Assembly: GCA_963837175.1 (NCBI GenBank)
Contig: CAWIMJ010000046.1
Coordinates: forward strand, 64,001-128,000
Length of the DNA stretch: 64,000 nucleotides
Direction of reading: 5' to 3'
Source of the DNA: an uncultured Nitrososphaeraceae archaeon
GTDB taxonomy: Archaea; Thermoproteota; Nitrososphaeria; Nitrososphaerales; Nitrososphaeraceae
A model generated the notes under the pieces. That model was given only the letters and a program-made list of their open reading frames with translations, had not been told where the DNA came from and made no database searches. Positions 1 through 12,566 of the stretch are shown in pieces. How positions within the stretch are numbered: the first letter of the stretch is position 1; each line of letters opens with the position of its first letter. Both the position numbers and the translations under genes were made by a program.

Positions 1-157
1 AAGATTGATAATATATATACTTCCTATACTCTAACAAAGATCATAATTCCTATAAACTAAATTTATGATTGAAGTCAGAATCTTATAGATGTTTGTTGTA
101 ATTGATTGCAAGGAACTAATCATAAGATGTATATATCAATCATCGATAAAGCCGGAA

Positions 158-679
158 CTAAAAAATTCTACCTTTTTGTACTGTCTTTAATCTTTCTAAC
201 AAATCTATTATTTGTTCATGTGTAGGATTAATAGCTCTAATAACGTCTAAATCTACCTTAAATCTTTCCAATTGAGAGTAAATTTCTTTGTCTTCTACCA
301 TATCAATTAATGTATTCACATTAAAGGGTTTTTGCATTAGCTCTACAACTTGTTTTAACTTTCTTATAGAATCTGTGAGAGTTTCTTTAGCATATGCAGA
401 GGCAAATATTATTCGCTGATGTGGATTCATCGCAAGAATTTCTTCTGCTACTTGCATACCATTAATCTTAGGCATTTTATGGTCAAGGATAACAACATCA
501 AATGGTAAGGGTTGTCCTATAGCATCTATTGCAGTTCTTACAGAGTGGCATTTTTCATGATAAGCCTCAAGACAATTTTCGCCATTTTCAGTTGTTGTAA
601 CTTGGTGATTTCTTCTTTCTAATGCCATTCTGTATAAGAGAGCAATGTCCTTTTCATCTTCTGCTATCAATATATTCAT
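158..679 (-). CDS. Response regulator receiver (CheY-like) protein
   Basis: NILIAEDE...VVILDHKMPKINGMQ...IIFASA...KPF receiver motifs; start set at ATG 679. Confidence 0.9.
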   Translation of the reverse strand: MNILIAEDEKDIALLYRMALERRNHQVTTTENGENCLEAYHEKCHSVRTAIDAIGQPLPFDVVILDHKMPKINGMQVAEEILAMNPHQRIIFASAYAKETLTDSIRKLKQVVELMQKPFNVNTLIDMVEDKEIYSQLERFKVDLDVIRAINPTHEQIIDLLERLKTVQKGRIF

Positions 680-1217
680 GAGTAAAAACCATTCAGTAAT
701 ACTCAAAATGGACCTACTATTTTATGTTTTTAGTCTAATACCTTGCAGACTGGTGTCTAAAATATCGAAGCGATAAATTGATTCAAGTTCTTATAATATA
801 AATAATATGGCAATCAATTTAGATGAGAAAAATTCTCACATTTTTTGTTTGTGTTTTTTTATATAAAATGCTTTTTATTAATAAACGAAATATCGACTTA
901 TACCAGCCCATATATCTATACCAAGATTAAACAATCTTCCCTATGTCTTGATAAATAAAACTTCGAAAAAGACATTTATCAGGCTCAATTCCTTATCGAT
1001 TCTTTCATCTATATCGAATAGATCTTCGTTGCTATGGTTGACTAATAGTGGATAATTATCATAATTATTATGCATTTGTTTTGACAGGTATTAATTGTAT
1101 GTGGTAGTCGGATCATAAGATGACATAATATCCAATTAACCCGTAATAACCAATTGCAATAGTGTTAATAAAACAATACAAATCCTTGTATTGATCAATA
1201 TAAACAATTGTATTGAT

Positions 1218-1916
1218 ATGACAAGACCATGTATTTTCTTCGACCTCGGACAGACATTGATAAATGAATGGAGTTTTATTGACTACTTTGACCAGCGGTT
1301 CTTTGAAATACTCAACGGTTTTGGAGCAAGAATTAGTTTTAGGAATTATATTACAATAAGAGATAACGTTATTAGAAATCGCAAGATAGGTCATGGTAGT
1401 ATCAGAGAATTAATCATTGAAGTTTGCAAATTAACATGCCAGCAGGGCTATGAGAAGATTATCGTGAAAAGGTTAGAGCCTGAATTAAAAGAAGCAAGAA
1501 GAAATTTTTTTTGTTTATTTGGTGATGCTGAACAAACATTGAGTTCTCTCTTAATATTATGTGATCTTGGAATAATAGCTAATCAATCTATGGACATTCT
1601 AAAGATATTGGAGGATTCCAAAATAGAACGATTCTTTAAAGTTATTCTACTTTCATCAGAAGTTAAAATAAGTAAACCTGATCTAGAAATATTCCATCTG
1701 GCAATGAACCTCGCCAAAAGAAGTCCAGAGGATTGTATCATGGTCGGCGATAGACTTGACACAGATATCAGTCCAGCAAACAAATTAGGAATGGAAACTA
1801 TTAGGACTACCAATTCGCTTTTCAAGTTACAAGAACCAATGAATGAATTTGAAAAACCAACACACACTGTTGCCAATTTGAGCGAAATAGCAAATATTTT
1901 AGAATCTATCACTTGA
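1218..1916 (+). CDS. HAD-superfamily hydrolase
   Basis: FFDLGQTL motif I, KPD motif III, MVGDRLDTDI motif IV. Confidence 0.9.
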   Translation: MTRPCIFFDLGQTLINEWSFIDYFDQRFFEILNGFGARISFRNYITIRDNVIRNRKIGHGSIRELIIEVCKLTCQQGYEKIIVKRLEPELKEARRNFFCLFGDAEQTLSSLLILCDLGIIANQSMDILKILEDSKIERFFKVILLSSEVKISKPDLEIFHLAMNLAKRSPEDCIMVGDRLDTDISPANKLGMETIRTTNSLFKLQEPMNEFEKPTHTVANLSEIANILESIT

Positions 1917-2089
1917 CCTATAATCTCATTTAATCCAACTGAGTCACTCAGTCAAATAAGTTAGAAGGGTTATTCTTCAAAATATCGATTATTTTCTTTA
2001 TTTCTCGGTCACAAAATAGGAGATTTAATGGATACGATAGTGATCAGGTACTTTATAATACCATTTTTTTATTAATTTTAAGCGAATTG

Positions 2090-2761
2090 CTATAATTTCT
2101 TTTTTTCTGTAATGTAGTATTCCTGATTAGATTGAGAATTAGGTCTTATTATTCTCTTTATTGGATACTTGAAATATCGTATAATTTTGCTAGCTATTAG
2201 TTTCCAAATAGCACATATATCTCCTTTGTAACCTAAGGATTTGTCTCTAATGATCACTATAACCCCTGCGATAAATCCAAGGTTTCCTAATATAATTAGT
2301 AAAACACTTGTGAATATATCTCCTAGAGCACTAATGTTGGGATTCTCATTCTTATCAAATAGCGATAGATATCCAAGAATTGTATCAGCTTTTACTGATT
2401 CAGCTCCTTCATTTGTAATTATTAAATCATATTTGCCGTTAATTTGGGGTTTAAAATTTGAAACCAAATCATCACTGAAAATGGATCTTGAAAGAATTAA
2501 ACCATTTTGATCTTTAACTATTGCACCTATAGGAACATGAGGGGGTCCGGCTTTTATAACAATAGACATAGTAGGTCCCGTTTCACTTACATTAATCGAT
2601 AAAATCCGTGATTCTCCAGCTTTAATCATATAATTCCCTACAGATATATCTTGACTCAGAAAAGGTCTTGTTGCATCTATACTGAATATTATGGTAAGAA
2701 GAATGCCTATAATTATTATAGCAGAACTTAGAATTATTAAAATATGCCCGCGGGTAACCAT
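2090..2761 (-). CDS. Membrane protein, two TM helices flanking a beta-rich extracellular domain
   Basis: Hydrophobic N-terminal and near C-terminal segments; 223 aa open frame. Confidence 0.7.
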   Translation of the reverse strand: MVTRGHILIILSSAIIIIGILLTIIFSIDATRPFLSQDISVGNYMIKAGESRILSINVSETGPTMSIVIKAGPPHVPIGAIVKDQNGLILSRSIFSDDLVSNFKPQINGKYDLIITNEGAESVKADTILGYLSLFDKNENPNISALGDIFTSVLLIILGNLGFIAGVIVIIRDKSLGYKGDICAIWKLIASKIIRYFKYPIKRIIRPNSQSNQEYYITEKKKL

Positions 2762-3387
2762 AACTTCTCATGATATAGAGATACAAACCTTTATTATGCC
2801 AATTGTTAAATACTTTTAGTTATAGCACTAACCTTTTGTTACTTATTTTGTTATCTCCCTTGGCCACATTCTGGTGTAATCCTTTTCTGTAAAAGTTACA
2901 GAGCAATCCAGTGTACGTTTTTCTTAAAAACATATCAATAAAAATATTTCAAATGTAGATCATTTCTAGGATAAACTTGAGTCATCATATAAATAAAATG
3001 TTATCTCTTATGCTGATAAGGATTTAATGCAGACTATCGATTTAGAAAAGTTAGTATTAGATTCAAGGAAGCAAATCAGTCAGCGGATTAACTGACTATA
3101 AAAAGTAGTAATAAAAACTTGATTGTTTAAATAAATGATAAGACTATGTAATATTAAGATGAGATTCCTTGCCCAATAACTTAAATTTATTGATTTCGGC
3201 CATCTTTTTAGAAGTAAAGGAATTAAAATGAGATTATTGAATGTATTTGTCGATACATAGTGATAATTACAAAATATAATTTCTCGGGCAGTCAATAAAA
3301 TATATTACACTAAAATATAAACCTCATATGATAACATAATTTAAAGATTGATAAGCAAGTAAAATTCTTTACATACAATATATTATA

Positions 3388-3597
3388 TTGACAGAAAATC
3401 CCGTAAGGCATATTGATACTCTTAGAGAAATGGAAAATATAAAACGCGAATATCAGATACGCTGTAGTCATTATGAGCTTGAATATTCTTCAAAGGATAA
3501 GATCATCAATTGTACTATTTGTAGAAAAAATTGGTCGTTTGTGGAAAACCGCAGCTATTCAAAGACCAAAGAAATCTATACAGCTGATAAAGATTGA
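3388..3597 (+). CDS. Small hypothetical protein, possible zinc ribbon
   Basis: CxH and CxxC motifs in a 69 aa ORF. Confidence 0.45.
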   Translation: MTENPVRHIDTLREMENIKREYQIRCSHYELEYSSKDKIINCTICRKNWSFVENRSYSKTKEIYTADKD

Positions 3598-3985
3598 TTA
3601 AAAATCATCCAAAAATATCAACGTCATTTGTCATGTTTAAGTACCCATTATTTCAGAGAAAACTACTAAAAAGAGATAGAAAAATTTTCTAAAAAAAATT
3701 GCAATTTATTATTGTTCATAGTAATACACCATACCATTATCATTGTTATTAGTATTTTTGCTTGTTCTATCATATTCATCGTTTTATCATCAATTGTAGA
3801 ATAAGATCGATGTGTGTATCATCCATTAGATATCCGAAAAATTCATTATTACTAACAATTGTTATGATTCCATTTTACTAAAATGGTAAATCTAGTGATC
3901 ATTTTGATATGTTATTGTTATTTAATGTTAGATACAGAGCCACTATAAGATAAAAGCTTATCATACATACTTCATAGGAGCTTTT

Positions 3986-4222
3986 TTACAATTGCAATTT
4001 TTTTTGCATATAAATTTCCTTCATTTTGTTAAGTCCCCACACCAACATTACAATAATTACAATTGCAATAGACGCTTGCATTAGAGATATGACGAACCTA
4101 TCTAATCCATTTCTAAATAAAATAAAATCTATGGGAGCTATAAAATTTATTAGAAAAGCGGTGATCGCCAGTATCATTACCCACATTGCTGTGATAAATC
4201 CCAAAAGGCCGGTCACCCTCAT
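3986..4222 (-). CDS. Small two-TM membrane protein
   Basis: Abuts the stop codon of the upstream GPT gene; two hydrophobic helices. Confidence 0.7.
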   Translation of the reverse strand: MRVTGLLGFITAMWVMILAITAFLINFIAPIDFILFRNGLDRFVISLMQASIAIVIIVMLVWGLNKMKEIYMQKKLQL

Positions 4223-5242
4223 CTATCTACCACCTGACAAGAAATAATATTGTATTAAAATAGAAATGAACGCTAGTGACGAAGAAAATACTGCTAACTT
4301 AAATATATAATAACCAATTTCTCTTTCTGAAAGAGGACCATCTGCTAGTATTAACCTTACCAGGGTTATAGGTGCATTCTTCTCTTTCGATGCGGCTAAT
4401 TTGAAATCAGCCCTTATAATAGTAGGTCGCTCTTTGACTTGTCTATGTTCGACAATTTTCTTAACGCTGGAAAGAAAGAGAAATGAATTCATTACAGCAG
4501 GCAGGAGAGCAATAACTCCTATAATTTCAGAGTTACCTGCAATTGCAATTGCCCCATACATGGAGCCCATTACCAAAGTGCCCGAGTCACCTACAAATAT
4601 CTTGCTTGGAAATTTATGATACCCATACAATCCAATTGTTCCAAACAGCAAAGGAAGTGCGGCGAGAAATACGTCATTATCACCAAAGATTGCTATACTT
4701 AATAAAAGTGGCATAGTTGTAATAATTACAAATCCAGTAACGACACCATTTAGAACGTCGATTGAGTTAATAGTATTGCCAACAATTGGAATGATTGCTA
4801 GTATAAGCGGTATGTATAACAGTGGAATGAACACATTTCCAAATACAAGATTTAAGTGGGTTCCATGAGCTCCAAAAATAATTAGAGGCATTGCAGCTGC
4901 TATCAGTGCAATAGGTTTGAACCAACCTGGCAAAACTTTCCTATCATCTATTAATCCTACTACGAATGCAATTACAGTGGTCAACATTATGGCCATAATT
5001 GTCATATTCAATGTTAATAAGTAAAGAATAATTTCAGATGCTACTATCCCACCAAGCAATATAGGACCAGCTGGTCTAGGAACATTGGGTCTTCCGGGCT
5101 TATGATAATCTTGTACCACACTACCTTGTGCTATTAAAGAACTTATCATTTTAGGAGTTGCAATTAATGTAACTAAGAAGGAAGTGGCTGAGACAATCAC
5201 TCCATATATTAGAATATTATTTCCAAAAGATAGGTCTAGCAT
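4223..5242 (-). CDS. UDP-GlcNAc:dolichol-phosphate GlcNAc-1-P transferase (MraY/GPT family, AglH-like)
   Basis: GLIDD, NTINSIDVLNG, KIFVGDSG motifs; multi-TM. Confidence 0.88.
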   Translation of the reverse strand: MLDLSFGNNILIYGVIVSATSFLVTLIATPKMISSLIAQGSVVQDYHKPGRPNVPRPAGPILLGGIVASEIILYLLTLNMTIMAIMLTTVIAFVVGLIDDRKVLPGWFKPIALIAAAMPLIIFGAHGTHLNLVFGNVFIPLLYIPLILAIIPIVGNTINSIDVLNGVVTGFVIITTMPLLLSIAIFGDNDVFLAALPLLFGTIGLYGYHKFPSKIFVGDSGTLVMGSMYGAIAIAGNSEIIGVIALLPAVMNSFLFLSSVKKIVEHRQVKERPTIIRADFKLAASKEKNAPITLVRLILADGPLSEREIGYYIFKLAVFSSSLAFISILIQYYFLSGGR

Positions 5243-5557
5243 TTCTTAATACCAAATATTTAATGCAGATTTATATAATTCCCTAGTATAATATTACTCC
5301 TATACATGATGTTATATTATATCATATCACAAATGCAATGATTGTTAATAGTTGGATTCTTTGTCCTAAAGTGATCTTAATCCATCTTTTTTTAAAAACA
5401 CATCATACAAACTATTGAAGAGTATTGATAGGCAAAGTAGTTATTGTAGGAAATCATAATATTTCTATCACTTTTATAACGGTTTGTCTTGAAATAATGT
5501 ATAATGAATTATCATTTATATGATTAATTTATTCTTTCATTGGAAGCTATATATAGC

Positions 5558-7719
5558 CTATTTTTGTGTCTTCAATTGCTCTTTTAACTTGGCTGCTACT
5601 GTTGGTCCGATTTTTGAAATAGCGGCAAGTTTTGAATCTGATACTCTCGCAAGTTTTCTGGTATCTGTAAGACCAGCATCATACAACGCTCGAGCTCGCA
5701 CCCTGCCAATTCCTTCAAGAGCAACAATCTGAATCAGTTCTTCTCTCACACCATATTTTATTCGCGTCCGAAGATTGTGTATTTCTGTGAGCAAATCTTC
5801 TCGTTTAAGCAATTTTGCAACTTCATATAATGAATATGTTAGCCAGCCACCAATCTCCACCATTCTATGCATATCCCCAGGTTCAACTCCAACCTTGTCG
5901 CTTATCATCCTGTCACTAGTTTCATCAATCCACTCATTGAGAGCCAATAGACTCCTCGAATAATCATATTCGCTTATTGGATAAAAGAGTTCATCGCTAT
6001 GATGTTGAATTAATGAATTCAATTCTTCAAAATCCTTTTTCCTCAGAGATAATTTTGGATAGAAATCTGCACTGGTCGTAATCATCTGAAGAAAACCTAA
6101 AGTGTAACTTTTATTGTTGCCATCATTTCTTTTCGTAGTCGTACAATCCAGCGAGCCTATTGCTTTTCTAAATTCTACTGCAGTTAAAGGATCAATATAT
6201 AGTAGTGTTGTTTTTCTTCCAAAGTCTGTAGCAATATATCTATCATTTTTACTTTTTATTAAATACTCTGCTTCAAGATAGCTTAAAGCAGCATCAACTT
6301 TGAAAACAACAGTATTTTTCTGATAATTCCTTGCAAATAATGTACTTTCGAATAGATGGTAAATTTCAATTTTTTTTATTCCAGGGACTCTTGCAACGGT
6401 ACTAAGAAGATGAACCCTTATTGCTCTGTCATTAATCAGTTGTGAGCGCAGAGGCTCTGGGTTACCTAGGATATATTGGTTATACAGATCCTCTGCACTA
6501 ACTCCTGATTCCGCTACTATTATTGCTTCTCCAAAAGTATCATATTGTGGTCTACCTGCTCTACCAGAGAGTTGTTTATATTCTAAAACACTGATGGGAA
6601 TATTTCCGCCATATCCAGCATCATAGCGTAAAATACTTGCTAGAATGATACGCCTTGCAGGCAAGTTAACACCTGCGGCCAGTGTTGGAGTGGCGGCTAA
6701 TAGCTTAATTATCCCTTTTTTGAATGACTCTTCTACAATCTCTCTACTTGTGGGTCCTAATCCCGCATGATGGAATGCTACACCTTTGGCTACGAGATGG
6801 GAAAGATTCCTTGTGAGTTCAGTATCGTCGCCTTTGTTGAGGATCTTCGATGATAGCTCAATTGTCCTCTCCTGCGCAGATTTATCGAGACTTTTATAAA
6901 CCGCTTCTGCAGCCTTTAGTGGCAAGAGAAAAAGCACGTTTTCGGGTGTCTGCGAAAATTAAAGCCTGTCCACCATTCTTTAGTGAATCAATTGCAATAT
7001 CTATTGCAGCAGAGGTAACACCAACAGAAGTCAGAATTTCGAATCTACTGCCATCATTCATGCGAATATTTCCATCCTCGTAGACTCCTTCTATCAACTT
7101 TGTTGGTCTCCAATTACTTTCAATTAATTCACATCCAAGCCAGTCAGCAATATCGTCAGAATTTGCAACTGTTGCACTTAACGCAAGAATTTGTGATTGC
7201 TGATACAGTTGACATATATTGGTTAGCATCATCTCCAAAGTAGGGCCGCGTTCTCGTTCCCCAATTAAATGAACTTCGTCAGCCACAAAAAGTCCTACAT
7301 CAGAAATCCATTCAGCCCCATGTCGCATAAGCGAATCCATTTTTTCATTTGTTAAAATAATAACATCTGCATCCTCTACATCCTTTCCAGACGAATCATA
7401 GTCGCTGGTAGCAATTTTGACTCTTGTTTTTATACCATTAATATCTAAATCCTCAAGAACATGAAAATCATGGTATTTTTCAGTAGCTAATGCCCTTAAT
7501 GGAGTAAGATAAATAACCTTTAGCCCTTTTTCGATTGTTTTTATTGCAGACCATCATTGCTATTAGTGTTTTACCACTCGCAGTAGGAGTGGTAACAAGC
7601 AAGTTTTTGCCCTCTAGAAGACCCTTTGACAGAGCAAGTTCCTGTGGTGGATAAAGTGAAGAGTATCCTAGTAAACTAAGCAAGATCTTTATTTTGGCGT
7701 CTGTTATTCTTATTGTCAT
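5558..7719 (-). CDS. hel308: Ski2-like SF2 helicase Hel308 (split by two +1 frameshifts at ~7550 and ~6914)
   Basis: [36 protein letters not shown] motifs and C-terminal HhH across three frames; removing one base at each site restores one ORF. Confidence 0.92.
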
Positions 7720-7952
7720 GCCTTGAGCATATAGATAAAAAGTTACTTATTTAATTGATATTAAATCTCATCGTGCACTTTATGATAGCGATATAATACT
7801 ATAAAAATTCAAACGATTCCTAAGTTCACTAAGAAGATGAAGAACGTCAGATCTTCCCGTATTAGAAACATCTTGCTGTCAATCCTTGAAATTGAGGCTA
7901 TATTATTATATTCAGTTAATCCTTCTTATATTTAATAAAAAAGAATACTATA

Positions 7953-8255
7953 ATGAGTGGTCAAGAATATCTTTCACAGAATTTGTTATGGATTGGTATT
8001 TCATTAGGTATAGTGTTTGCTATTTTATCATATGTACCCTTTCCTTTTTCTATACCGTCCGCTATAGCATCTTTCTTCATCGTCATTTTTTATTTAAGGA
8101 AAAGAGTGATAAAAAGAATTAAAAATAAAGCAAGAATGTTTCGTAGTAGCAATAATAATAATCAGTCTTTAAACTATTATTGTATGACATGTGGTACAAA
8201 ACACAATGATGCTGCTTGTCCTAAATGTGGTTCGAAAGCCAAAAGAGTTGGATAA
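7953..8255 (+). CDS. Small membrane protein with C-terminal zinc ribbon
   Basis: Two TM segments, then CMTCG...CPKCG. Confidence 0.75.
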   Translation: MSGQEYLSQNLLWIGISLGIVFAILSYVPFPFSIPSAIASFFIVIFYLRKRVIKRIKNKARMFRSSNNNNQSLNYYCMTCGTKHNDAACPKCGSKAKRVG

Positions 8256-8789
8256 CTCACCATGGTAATGCGAATCTTCTGCTTCTTAGGTAAATCAAGT
8301 AGCAGGGATATAAATCAAAAATCAAAAGAGTCTCTTGAAGGATCAACCTTTGGGCAAGGGATACTTTTAGCAAGTTTTATAATTTATATATTAAAATACT
8401 ATTGATATCTCTTGAAGACATATGATTCATTTTATTCTTCAATTTATTATCTAACGTCTTTGATATACTATTGTTTTGATAAATGATAAATAATAATTAT
8501 GATATTTAATTAATTGACCTGCAAACGCTTTTGACCAAAAAATTATTGCCGCATAACTCTAAAATTCTGAAATTTACCTATCTTGGATTTCTGAGTGTGA
8601 AAATAAAATATACTACATAGATACAATTGGAAAAAAACTAAATTTTGGGATTGTTGCCATGGCTACCTACACGCATTGCATATAACACTGAATTTGTATC
8701 TATCGTAATCACAATGACTTGGATGACACTCTAAACATTCGCACTGTTCACATTGATGTATATTCTTGTTCTTCTCCTTGTCATTTTTC

Positions 8790-9423
8790 CTATTATTATC
8801 AGCTAGTTTTTCTCTGGCAAGAAACTCCAGAGGTTCATTGAATTTCGTTGGTCTTTCAATGTAAGGTGCATGCCCGCAATTTTCTATTACCTCAAGCCTG
8901 TTGTTTGGAATTTTATTAATTTATTCAGTTGCACAGTCTCATATGTCGGACGCAATGCAGCTAGAGGCTATAAAGAGAAGACAGGGTAGCAGGTTTTGTT
9001 GATATTGCTAGAGCAACCAATACTAATTCTTCTATTCTAGTATTAAATCTGGCCTCAAATTCTGCTCCTAACAATCCACTAAAAGATGAACCAACTATGC
9101 TTATTTTATCAATATGCACATTTTCTAAAAAACTCTTCTAAGAATTCTATAAAAAAATCAATTGTATAGTCAGCTGTAGGTTTATTGCTATATCCAAAAC
9201 CAATAATATCAGGTGCTACTACTCTGAAGTCGGATTCAGATAAAGTTGATGCCACATATGAATCTGTCAGCCGAGGCTCCTAATCCATGTAGGAAAACAA
9301 GAGTTTTTGCAGTCGTTTGATTGAGTAGATTGGTTTTCATAATCATAGTCAAAGTATCTTATATTGCAGCCATTGACATCAGTAATCTAATAGAAATGTC
9401 TTGATCCAACAAACCGTCGCATC
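8790..9423 (-). pseudogene. Decayed alpha/beta hydrolase
   Basis: Minus-strand fragments LVFLHGLGASADR, RVVAPDIIGFGYSNKP, SIVGSSFSG, ENCGHAPYIERP; several frameshifts and an apparent internal deletion; ends approximate. Confidence 0.8.
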
Positions 9424-9501
9424 CTTTAAAGACGCTGATTTATCACTAATATAATAGTATTAAATCCATGCAAGGTTCTTTTTATTCATTGTTGTTGCAG
9501 T

Positions 9502-11499
9502 TCAGTCTTCATCATCCGCGATTTTACTTTTGTGTCTATTGTTATGGCTGCTTAATGGTATGCTAAATGTAAATCTAGCTCCTCTTTTCATATTATAAGA
9601 ATAGTTTTCACCTTTAATCTTTCCACCATGTGATTCTACAATGCTTTTTGATATAAATAATCCTAGTCCAGTGCCCCCTGTTGGGGATTCTGTAGCAAAT
9701 TTTGAAAACAGCCTTGGTAGAATTTCGGGTGGTATTCCAGTACCAGTATCCTCGATGGCAATAACAGCTTCTTGTTGTTGGCTATCACTTTCTTGTTCTT
9801 TTATTTTCTTTTTCAAAGTAATAGATATTGTACCTTCTCTGGTAAATTTAATAGCATTATCTAAAAGATTGGAAATGACTTGGGTCAATCTGGATTTATC
9901 TGCCTCTAGAAAAATAGGAATATTGTCATCATCATTTGTCTTTTCAGATTTATGTATTAATAGTACATTAGCATTGCTAATTTGGTTTCTATAATCTTCT
10001 ACAATGTCTGATATTAACTGATTCAAATTAAATTGCTGTTTGTTTAGTTTTAGTGTTTGGCTCTCTATTCTTGTTACATCTAATATATCATTAGTAAGTC
10101 TTTGAAGTCTAACAGCATTTCTTTTTATTTTGTGAATTATTTCCTCTTTTTTTTCAGGATGTGTTTGTAATAGATGTGAAAACCCTAGAATAGCTTGAGT
10201 AGGTGTCTTCATCTCATGACTTGCTATATTGATAAACTCTTTCTGCAGCTTATCGTGAACTTGCAGTTGTTCATTTGCTAGAGCAAGCTGTTGATTTGAT
10301 AATGAAAGTTGCTTATTTGTCTCTTCCAATTGTTTTGTTCTTCTCTTTACCTCCTTATTGAGTATATTATTCCATTTTATAAGCAATATTATCAAAACTA
10401 GAACTGCAGCAGTAGTACCAGCAATTAATGAAAACATCTTTAATCTTTCTATGAAGAGAACCTCATTGATATGTGAATAGATCATTGAAGTAGGTGTTAT
10501 TATAAAGATAAAGTATGCATGTTCTCCGCCTACAGATATAGGATATCCTGTATTCAATCTTTCGCCGCTTCCAAAATCATATATTGTAAAGCCTCCTAAT
10601 AATTGGCCTGCAAAAACTTTGCGATAATAATCATTTTGAACATCACTATAATTAAAGAATTCCTGAACCTCGTTATTAAAAAAACTCTTTCCTAAAAATT
10701 CTGTTCGAGGAGTAGCTATGTAGTTTGCATTGCTATCATAAGCTACCAAGAACTTTGAATTGACATCATAAACATTTGCATAACGTGCGAAGAAATCTAT
10801 GGTCGGTATTTCAACTCCTACCATCCCAATATATTGACCACTTTCTCTATTTATTATTGGAAAGGTCAATGCAATCTTGTAGACACTGTCAATTCCTTCG
10901 AAACCATTTGAAAATACACTCCTTAAAGTATTTCTTGTCTTTTGTACATAATCTCTAAATGAAATATCTATATTTACAAAGCTTCTTTGTCCTTTTGCTA
11001 CTATGTTATATGTTATTATATCATCTTTATCAGCAATGAAAAGTCCATCAACTTTAGTAATAGCATTGATTTGATCAAATCTCCCACTCATTAACTTTTC
11101 AACTCTATCGCCATATAATTCACCTTGCTGCAAATAAATGGAGTCTGATAATCCCTGAAGAAGAGACATAATCCAATGAAGATCAGAACTAATATGCTGC
11201 CCCATAGCTTTTGTAGATTCTATCTGACGATCTCTTTGCTCTACAATTAGGCTATTCTTAACATTTTCTTCTGTAATATTTTGTAGATAAAAGAACAAAC
11301 TATATGACATAACGATTATTAAAATTGTAGAAATGATACCTATTCCTTTTATATGTCGAGAAAACAGAGTATTGTCGATGCTTTCTTTTTTTTCCTTCTG
11401 CTGCAATATAAAAATTAATTGACTTACATATGTTAATCTTTTCTTTAAAGAAGTTAATAGGCAAATAATGTCAATTATTAAGTTTGCTACTATTTTCAA
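9502..11499 (-). CDS. Membrane sensor histidine kinase with Cache-like extracellular domain
   Basis: ASHEMKTP H-box, NLLDNAIKF N-box, DTGTGI and GTGLGL G-boxes; two TMs; true start probably downstream of 11499. Confidence 0.92.
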   Translation of the reverse strand: MKIVANLIIDIICLLTSLKKRLTYVSQLIFILQQKEKKESIDNTLFSRHIKGIGIISTILIIVMSYSLFFYLQNITEENVKNSLIVEQRDRQIESTKAMGQHISSDLHWIMSLLQGLSDSIYLQQGELYGDRVEKLMSGRFDQINAITKVDGLFIADKDDIITYNIVAKGQRSFVNIDISFRDYVQKTRNTLRSVFSNGFEGIDSVYKIALTFPIINRESGQYIGMVGVEIPTIDFFARYANVYDVNSKFLVAYDSNANYIATPRTEFLGKSFFNNEVQEFFNYSDVQNDYYRKVFAGQLLGGFTIYDFGSGERLNTGYPISVGGEHAYFIFIITPTSMIYSHINEVLFIERLKMFSLIAGTTAAVLVLIILLIKWNNILNKEVKRRTKQLEETNKQLSLSNQQLALANEQLQVHDKLQKEFINIASHEMKTPTQAILGFSHLLQTHPEKKEEIIHKIKRNAVRLQRLTNDILDVTRIESQTLKLNKQQFNLNQLISDIVEDYRNQISNANVLLIHKSEKTNDDDNIPIFLEADKSRLTQVISNLLDNAIKFTREGTISITLKKKIKEQESDSQQQEAVIAIEDTGTGIPPEILPRLFSKFATESPTGGTGLGLFISKSIVESHGGKIKGENYSYNMKRGARFTFSIPLSSHNNRHKSKIADDED

Positions 11500-12566
11500 C
11501 CTGATATCTCTCAGACACTATGATCTTTTTATTGATTATATCTTGTGTTAATTGATTTAACCTCGCTTTTACATCTTTAGGTACTTTATTCTCTAAGCCA
11601 TGGAATGGTGCTAGATAGACAATACCGTCTCCTACAGCCCCTTTGCCTATTTCTAGTCCAGGTTTAAATATTTCTCCTGTAAAATTGCCGGCTTGAACCA
11701 TTTTAACAGCTTGGTCATATGCCTTATCTACATCCAAGACAAACGAGGTCAAAACAGTGTCTGGCGCTAGTTTGTTCTGATCTGAGACCGCGCCAAATGC
11801 GTATATTCCCTTTTCTTTAGCAGCCTCAATAACACCTTGACCAGATGTATCAGCTACATGTAACAAAAAGTCAGCACTAGCATTTATTTGTAATATTGCT
11901 GCCTTCCTTTCCTTTAGATGGATTATCAAAATCATCTAAATATGTAACAAGCACTTTAACGTTGCGATTCACCAACTTTGCACCTTGCTTATAGCCTTCA
12001 AAAATGTTTATGAGGTTTGGATATGTGACGTCTCCACCAACATAACCAATCACATCTGTTTTTGACATCATCCCAGCAAGTGCTCCTAACAAAAAGGATC
12101 CTTCCTGCTCCAGTGGGAAAATGGAAGCAACATTGGTTGACTTAGCAAGACCAGTAAAAACTACAAATTTTGTATTTGGATAGTCTTTTCCTACCTTTAC
12201 AGCAGGGTCTCCCCATTCAAAACCATGAGCTATAATCAAGTCATAACCTTCATGGGCATAATCTCTTAATGTAGCCTCTATATTTGTAATTGCAACATTA
12301 TCTGTAAAGTCAACTTCGTGACCATATTTAGTTTTTATTGCTTGTGCTGCATTGTATGCAAATGCGCCCCATCCTGCATCACTAAATAAAGCATCAGTTA
12401 ATAATGCTATTTTTAGGTGCTTATTGTACACCACCATAATCTGATCTGATGATGCTTTTTCTGTAACAGCAGCAACAGTAAGTTGGAAAGGTTGACCAGG
12501 TATTACTACTGCTATTATTACTATACCTATTGCTATCATGGCTAAATGCTTTCCTTTTACACCCAT
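11471..12566 (-). CDS. BMP/PnrA family substrate-binding protein (+1 frameshift at ~11903)
   Basis: GYDLIIAHGFEW, GVIEAAKEKG, GAVSDQ, VLTSF motifs; removing one base gives continuous SKGKEAAILQINASADF. Confidence 0.85.
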
